Source of the DNA: Candidatus Harrisonbacteria bacterium
GTDB taxonomy: Bacteria; Patescibacteriota; Minisyncoccia; UBA6257; 02-FULL-45-10c
Assembly: GCA_016192685.1 (NCBI GenBank)
Contig: JACPTS010000001.1
Location: 33,412-97,411 of the forward strand
Reading direction: 5' to 3'
DNA length: 64,000 bases
Under the pieces are notes generated by a model. The model did no database searches, was not told the DNA's origin, and saw only the letters and a program-made list of their open reading frames with translations. The translations under genes and the position numbers were made by a program. Positions 58,594 through 64,000 of this stretch are shown piece after piece (the stretch's first letter is position 1; every line of letters starts with the position of its first letter).

Positions 58594-59631
58594 TTATAAT
58601 TTTTTAATTTCTATTTTAAATTTATGCCATCTCGGATTTTCAAATTCACGCTTAGTTAAAATGCCCTCCGTGGCGCCGATATGTTCCACTACTGAAGTCG
58701 CATTGGCGCTGGCCAATCTTATCGCGTATTTAATCGCCTCAGACGAATAAGTCCTATCAGTCCTATCAGACTTATCTGTCCTATTGGGCTTATCCGCCCG
58801 ACTCATCAAGCCAGCCACAAATCCGGAGCCGAAAGAATCACCGGCGCCGGTGCGGTCCGCAACTCGTCTTTCTTTAAAAATTCCGGCTTTATATAAATAT
58901 TTTCCGTCAGAAACCGTAACGCCATTCGGGCCGTCGGTCACCGCCACAATGCCGGGAGTTAATTTATCCAGTTTTTTAAAAACTTCTTTTTCTTTATTAA
59001 ATGGAATCCCGACCAAATCCGCGGCTTCACCGGCGTTTAAAACCAAAAAAGCCAGATCTTTTAAATGAGCAAGAATTTCTTTTCTTTTATGCTGAATATG
59101 ATGCCCGCTCGGGTTAAAAGCCACCTTAATTTTATTTTTTCGCGCAAAAGCAAGGAGGATTCCTAAAAGTTTATCCGACTCGCCGGCCAGCGATAAATAC
59201 CACCAGCTAGCTTTTAATTTGCTCCAGGGAATATCTTCTTTAATCAGAGTATCGGAAGCGCCATGGTGCCCCAAAATCGTCCGTTCGCCTTTTTCCAATA
59301 AAAGAACCGAATAGGCAGTGGACTTTTCTTTTGACTTAGAAAATAACGACTGGACTTTTTCTTTTTTTAATCTTTCCGCGATTTCCCTGCCGGCCAAATC
59401 CTCTCCAACTTTTCCAAAACAAGCGGTTCGCAAATCTTGCCTCGCAAAAGTAACGCTGGCATTGGCAGAATTGCCGCCGATAGTTGAATAAACTTTTTTT
59501 ACTTCCAGCTTTTCACCGAATGGCAAAGCTATGGCTTTTCCGGAAGGCGCGCCGGAGTCATTGATAATCGGAAAATCCGATTCTAAAAAATTATCTCTGG
59601 TTACTGAACCAATAGTTATTACATCAAACAT
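58594..59631 (-). CDS. PfkB-family carbohydrate kinase
   Basis: GGNSANA, DRTGAGDSFGSGF, ANATSVV..GA. Confidence 0.92.
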   Translation of the reverse strand: MFDVITIGSVTRDNFLESDFPIINDSGAPSGKAIALPFGEKLEVKKVYSTIGGNSANASVTFARQDLRTACFGKVGEDLAGREIAERLKKEKVQSLFSKSKEKSTAYSVLLLEKGERTILGHHGASDTLIKEDIPWSKLKASWWYLSLAGESDKLLGILLAFARKNKIKVAFNPSGHHIQHKRKEILAHLKDLAFLVLNAGEAADLVGIPFNKEKEVFKKLDKLTPGIVAVTDGPNGVTVSDGKYLYKAGIFKERRVADRTGAGDSFGSGFVAGLMSRADKPNRTDKSDRTDRTYSSEAIKYAIRLASANATSVVEHIGATEGILTKREFENPRWHKFKIEIKKL

Positions 59632-59666
59632 AGTCTAATAATAACACAAATAAAAAATCCGCTTTA

Positions 59667-60251
59667 TTATAAGCGGACGCCAGTTAAGGCAAAAAACAGC
59701 ATTCTAACTAAAGGAATAATCGGCAGGAGCGGTAAAATTATAAAGAGCAGCGCCATATAAAGCAGCGCGTTCGCCTCAATCTGCCAACGGACATTTTCCG
59801 GCAGCCATATGCCCCAAATCCTCCAGCCATCAAGCGGCGGAACCGGCAATAAGTTAAATACCCCAAGCATAAGATTAATAAAAACAATGTAGGTAATCAC
59901 TGCCGGAAGATATCCGCTCCCTAACGGCAAAAGCCTGAGCGCCAAACCGGCAGCCGTCGCCATCAGAAAATTAACCGCCACTCCCGCCAAGCTTACATAA
60001 ATAGTTTCTTTTTCATTCAATCTATCAAAATCCACCGGCACCGGCTTTGCCCAGCCGATAATCATTCCTCCCAGCAACATTCCCATTACCGGAATTAAAA
60101 TTGAACCGATAAGGTCAATGTGCGGAAGAGGATTTAAAGTCAAACGGCCGGCTCTTTGCGCGGTATCGTCGCCGAATTTCAAAGCCATCAATCCATGCGC
60201 CACCTCATGAAGAACAATTGAGAAAATAAAAATCGGAAGCAGAACCAGCAT
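59667..60251 (-). CDS. Site-2 protease (M50 family)
   Basis: HEVAH, FNLLPVPPLDG. Confidence 0.93.
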   Translation of the reverse strand: MLVLLPIFIFSIVLHEVAHGLMALKFGDDTAQRAGRLTLNPLPHIDLIGSILIPVMGMLLGGMIIGWAKPVPVDFDRLNEKETIYVSLAGVAVNFLMATAAGLALRLLPLGSGYLPAVITYIVFINLMLGVFNLLPVPPLDGWRIWGIWLPENVRWQIEANALLYMALLFIILPLLPIIPLVRMLFFALTGVRL

Positions 60252-60327
60252 TCTGGCCCCTTATTCAATTTTGCAATAGCTATAAAAAGCTTAAATTTTT
60301 AACCGCCGATTGTCAAACCCCGTCAAA

Positions 60328-61359
60328 CTACTTCTTTCTTTTTAAAACTTTTTTTACCGCGGCTTTTATATCTTTCACTCCCATGCCGTATTTTTCTATC
60401 AAATCCTTCGGCGGCCCGGATTCGCCAAAAATATTCTGCAGGCCGATAAATTCCATCGGCACGGGTAAATTTTTCGCCAGCAGCTCGGCAACGGCGCCGC
60501 CAAGCCCTCCCAAAACCTGATGCTCCTCCACCGTAACTGCCGCGCCGCAAGTTTCCGCAACTTCCAAAATAGTTTTTTCGTCTAAAGGTTTAATCGTATG
60601 GCAATTAACCACATAAGCGCCGATTCCTTCTTCATCCAGTTCTTTTGCGGCCAGAAGCGCGTAATGCACTAACGAACCGCAGCCGATTATCGCCACTTGC
60701 GGATTTTTCTTACGGCTGCCCTTTCCGGCCGACTCCCAAAAAATTTCCGCTTTTCCCGGCGTAAAAGGCGTTTCTTCCGTAGTAAGTACCGGCATTTTCT
60801 CGCGGCCGAATCGCAGATAAACCGGACCCCAAATTTTAGCGGCGGCCATAGTGGCTTTTTTCGCTTCAATCGCGTCGCAAGGAACAATTACTTTCATATT
60901 CGCCATCACCCGCATCGTGGCAATATCCTCAATCGCCTGATGAGTGGCTCCATCCGGGCCAACGGAAATTCCGGCATGGGCGCCGGCAATTTTCACATTA
61001 GAATCGTTGTAGGAAATAGTAGTCCGAATCTGTTCCCAGTTCCGGCCAGGGGAAAAAGTCGCGTAAGAAGAAATAAACGGAATTTTCCCGCTTACTCCCA
61101 AACCAGAAGCAATCGTCGCCAAATTTTGTTCCGCGACTCCGACTTCAAAAAACCGTTCGGGAAATTTTTTAGAAAAAGCTTCCGAACGGGTAGATTCAGT
61201 TAAATCTGCGCAAAGCACTACTACATTAGAATTTTGGTCTCCGGCAATTACTAAACCTTCGCCATAACCGTCACGAGTCGCCCGCTGTTCAATATCTTTA
61301 TCAAAAATTTTAGAACTTAACTTTACTTTAGAATTAAGCATGCTCAAAAATTTACTCAT
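60328..61359 (-). CDS. Transketolase, C-terminal subunit
   Basis: ADL, GVAEQN, GPDGATHQ, VEEH..GGLG. Confidence 0.93.
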   Translation of the reverse strand: MSKFLSMLNSKVKLSSKIFDKDIEQRATRDGYGEGLVIAGDQNSNVVVLCADLTESTRSEAFSKKFPERFFEVGVAEQNLATIASGLGVSGKIPFISSYATFSPGRNWEQIRTTISYNDSNVKIAGAHAGISVGPDGATHQAIEDIATMRVMANMKVIVPCDAIEAKKATMAAAKIWGPVYLRFGREKMPVLTTEETPFTPGKAEIFWESAGKGSRKKNPQVAIIGCGSLVHYALLAAKELDEEGIGAYVVNCHTIKPLDEKTILEVAETCGAAVTVEEHQVLGGLGGAVAELLAKNLPVPMEFIGLQNIFGESGPPKDLIEKYGMGVKDIKAAVKKVLKRKK

Positions 61360-61407
61360 AGGTCCAATAAGACTTATCAGACCTATTATGAAAATTCTCG
61401 AGAATTA

Positions 61408-61678
61408 GGAATCTATTTTAATAATAATTCCCTAACGCGATACTAGCCAATTTTGGCTAGGACAAGGCGCAAGGAGGAAATCGCAGCTTAAGCTGCCTTT
61501 CCGACGAGCAACGCAGTCATAGACAAAATTGGCTGTATCCCTTTGGGTTGTCGCTAAAATGAATTATCTCTGTGTCGTTCCTCCTCGAGGTAGCTATGGC
61601 TACGATCTCGTCGTCACTCCTTGAGCTAATTCATTTTAGCTGACAACGCGTTGGTGAATTTTTATTAAAATAGATTCC
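61408..61678. mobile_element. Palindromic MITE-like element (family B, intergenic copy)
   Basis: 17-bp terminal inverted repeat GGAATCTATTTTAATAA; same core as 38191-38459. Confidence 0.8.
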
Positions 61679-61680
61679 CC

Positions 61681-61929
61681 CTACATTCCTCCTTTTTCTT
61701 CTGCCGAACACATTCCGCAGTTGCCGCAATGGGATTTTTTACCTAAAGCAAGGACGCCCAAAACTAAAGCGTTCCAATACCAGGCAAGCGGCTCAAGGCC
61801 CCAAACTAAATTTTTCTGCCATACTGCTAACCAAGCCAGCGCAAGTGATGCCGCCGCCGCCAGCCATAAAACATGGCCAAGAAGCGGCCGCCAGCAGCAA
61901 TGCCAGTGCCATTTTCCGTGATTCATCAT
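61681..61929 (-). CDS. Small two-TM protein with His/Cys N-terminus and CxxCxxC (paralog 2)
   Basis: GLEPLAWYWNALVL; HWHCC; CGNCGMC. Confidence 0.75.
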   Translation of the reverse strand: MMNHGKWHWHCCWRPLLGHVLWLAAAASLALAWLAVWQKNLVWGLEPLAWYWNALVLGVLALGKKSHCGNCGMCSAEEKGGM

Positions 61930-62006
61930 AAAAAAATTATAAAATCTTAATTTTTACGACCTTTTTCGTCAACAAAATAACTAATTATTATTATAACAAA
62001 TCTGCT

Positions 62007-62870
62007 TTATTGATGCTCGCTTTTAATCTGCCCGCCAAGCGTCCGCAATTCCACCAGCGCCTTTTTTGCCTCATCTGGTGTTGGCGGTTTGCCATGCCAT
62101 TCAAAACGATTTTCCATAAAACTGACTCCTTTCCCGGGAACTGTATGCGCGATAATCACGGTTGGTTTTTCATAAATGGCTTTTGCTTCATTCACTGCGG
62201 AAATAAAAGCGGCAATGTCATGACCGCCAACTTCAATCACGTGCCAATTAAAAGATTCATATTTTTCCCGCAATGGCTCAAGCGGCATTACTTCTTCGGT
62301 AAAACCGTCAATCTGGATATTATTCCGGTCCATAATTACGGTAAGATTATTTAATTTGGATTTTTGCTTGCCGGCAAACATAATCGCTTCCCAAGTATTA
62401 CCCTCTTCATGTTCACCGTCAGAAGTAAGGCAATACACGCGGGATTTTTTCTTATCCAGCCGAGCGGCGAGCGCCATACCGATAGCTTGCGAAATCCCGG
62501 AGCCGAGCGGCCCGGAAGTAGTTTCCAAACCTGGTAGAGAATTTCGGTGGGGGTGCCCCTGCAGCCGAGAATTTATTTTCCGAAGCGTAAAAAGTTCTTC
62601 CATCGGAAAATATCCGGCATTGGCAAGCGCCGCGTAAAGCACCGGGCAAATATGGCCGTTGGAAACCACTACTCTGTCCCTATCCGGCCAGCCGGGGTTT
62701 TTCGGGTCGTGATTTAAAATATGAAAGTAAAGCGCGGTAAAAATATCCGCCATCCCAAGCGGTCCGGCTGAATGCCCGGATTTTGCCTCAACCAGCATCT
62801 CAATAATATCTTGTCTAATCTTGTTAGACATCTCCTCTAAAAACTGCAATTTTTTCTCGTGAAGCTCCAT
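62007..62870 (-). CDS. Transketolase, N-terminal subunit
   Basis: SGH, DRVVVSNGH, LQGHP, SDGEHEEG, GKGVSFME..WHG. Confidence 0.94.
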   Translation of the reverse strand: MELHEKKLQFLEEMSNKIRQDIIEMLVEAKSGHSAGPLGMADIFTALYFHILNHDPKNPGWPDRDRVVVSNGHICPVLYAALANAGYFPMEELFTLRKINSRLQGHPHRNSLPGLETTSGPLGSGISQAIGMALAARLDKKKSRVYCLTSDGEHEEGNTWEAIMFAGKQKSKLNNLTVIMDRNNIQIDGFTEEVMPLEPLREKYESFNWHVIEVGGHDIAAFISAVNEAKAIYEKPTVIIAHTVPGKGVSFMENRFEWHGKPPTPDEAKKALVELRTLGGQIKSEHQ

Positions 62871-63499
62871 TAAATATTTTTTAATTTAAGATACGCCTCT
62901 TTTGGATTTTTACTCCCCCAAATATACGACGCTGAAACTAATATATCCGCACCCACTTCTTTTATCTTTAAAGCATTTTCTAAATTCACTCCGCCGTCTA
63001 CTTCTATTTTAACATCTGGGAATTTTTGCCGCAAAGCTCTTATTTTTTCCAACTGATTTTCCTTAAATTTTTGGCCGGCCAGTCCCGGATTCACCGCTAA
63101 AATTAAAAAGCCGCTGGCATCGCCGGCATAACTAAACAAGCGCTCCACCGGCGTGTCCGGCTTAATCGCAAGAAAAAGTTCCGTGCCAAAAGCCACGCAT
63201 TTCATTTTCATAACATCTAAATCTCTCACTGATTCCAAATGAACAATAGCTCGTTTAACTTTAGCATCCAGCCACGCATCCAAAACCTCATCCGGATTTT
63301 GAACCATTAAATGAACTTCAAAATTTAGCTTGTAGCTTGAAGCTTGTAGCTCTTTAGAGTTATTCCACAGCTGATTTCGCGTAAATTGGCCGTTGGAAAC
63401 ATCAAGATGAGCCCATTCCGCGCCAAAATCCTGCGCAGTTTTTATTCTTTTCTCCACTTCTTTAAAATCGGTTTCGTTGATTGCTGGGATTACTTGCAT
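62870..63499 (-). CDS. rpe: Ribulose-phosphate 3-epimerase
   Basis: HLDV, EVHLMV, VNPGLAGQ, EVDGGV. Confidence 0.93.
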   Translation of the reverse strand: MQVIPAINETDFKEVEKRIKTAQDFGAEWAHLDVSNGQFTRNQLWNNSKELQASSYKLNFEVHLMVQNPDEVLDAWLDAKVKRAIVHLESVRDLDVMKMKCVAFGTELFLAIKPDTPVERLFSYAGDASGFLILAVNPGLAGQKFKENQLEKIRALRQKFPDVKIEVDGGVNLENALKIKEVGADILVSASYIWGSKNPKEAYLKLKNI

Positions 63500-63515
63500 A
63501 AATAAATTTTAACAT

Positions 63516-63667
63516 AAAAGCGGGTAACTATCTTTCGTACGGCAACTACGGAGCTCCGAAAAGATTGGTTTTTCGCGAAGCGAAAATTTTCGGAGCGAGG
63601 CGTAGGAGCCGCTTGCCGCTGGAGCAAGCGGACTCCGGTGCCGATAGGAAGATGGTTACCCGCTTTT
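63516..63667 (+). repeat. Structured repeat family A, copy 4
   Basis: Core CGGCAACTACGGAGCTCCGAAA..GCGAAGC..TTTCGGAGCGAGGCGTAG..CCGGTGCCG on basal stem GCGGGTAAC/GTTACCCGC. Confidence 0.85.
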
Positions 63668-63700
63668 TTATAGCAAATAAAAAACCCCGCAATTGCGGGA

Positions 63701-64000
63701 TTAATAAAAAACTTTATTTGTAAATTCCAGCTTGGCGTCTCCAAAGCAATTCATCGTATAAACCGTTACCGAAGAATTCCGGGGGTTATTATGTTCAATC
63801 TCGTAATTAGCGCGCTCATAATCCCAACCTTCCAAAAGATACCGCAAGCCAATAATTGCCCGGCCATGGGAAACCACCGCAATTTTCACCGGCCCCAATT
63901 CACAGGGGAGTTCTCGAACTTTTTTTAAAAATAAACTCAATCTCCCTTCGGCTATCTGCAGAATGCTTTCGCCGCCAATCGGCACTCGTTCTAAAATCGG
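63701..64000 (-). CDS. Histidine phosphatase (PGM-like) family protein, C-terminal part
   Basis: GGES..R..VVSHG..N.SVT; truncated by window edge. Confidence 0.75.
   Translation of the reverse strand, partial: PILERVPIGGESILQIAEGRLSLFLKKVRELPCELGPVKIAVVSHGRAIIGLRYLLEGWDYERANYEIEHNNPRNSSVTVYTMNCFGDAKLEFTNKVFY

Noticed and set aside
63490-63744. 84-aa minus-strand ORF
   Set aside because: Spans a terminator and family A copy 4, and overlaps flanking genes

Overview
This is a chromosomal segment of a Patescibacteria (CPR) bacterium, most likely Parcubacteria/OD1, judged from 16S signatures, reduced-genome gene content and the type IV pilus and surface clusters. Most genes are on the minus strand. 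From left to right: a copper/heavy-metal and disulfide cluster (1-5.9 kb); tRNA-Asn carrying a ~10.8 kb integrated element (large serine recombinase, replication-like gene with iterons, RadC-MTase fusion, second MTase, AlwI-family nuclease, extra PD-(D/E)XK nuclease, GH19 lysin, HEPN protein); housekeeping genes (yqeY, rpsU, HIT, hisS, lepB, pth); a type IV pilus locus (23.7-35.3 kb); an unlinked 16S rRNA gene with an ORF-bearing group I intron at S788, a palindromic-element insertion in h21 and an expanded V1; rpmE, an N-truncated RF1, rplY, apt and fba; a ~12 kb cohesin/dockerin/WxL-like surface cluster; and pentose-phosphate genes. Four signals stand out. (1) The 16S has no anti-Shine-Dalgarno, many genes look leaderless, and several leadered genes share an AA(A/G)GTCG motif complementary to the unpaired 16S h26 loop, a candidate alternative ribosome-recruitment system. 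(2) Several covarying palindromic element families are present, two of which have entered the 16S gene. (3) The tRNA island has satellite-like architecture. (4) An identical DnaA-box 16-mer lies upstream of two putative surface-filament subunit genes. All family assignments come from motif recognition by eye; no database search was run.
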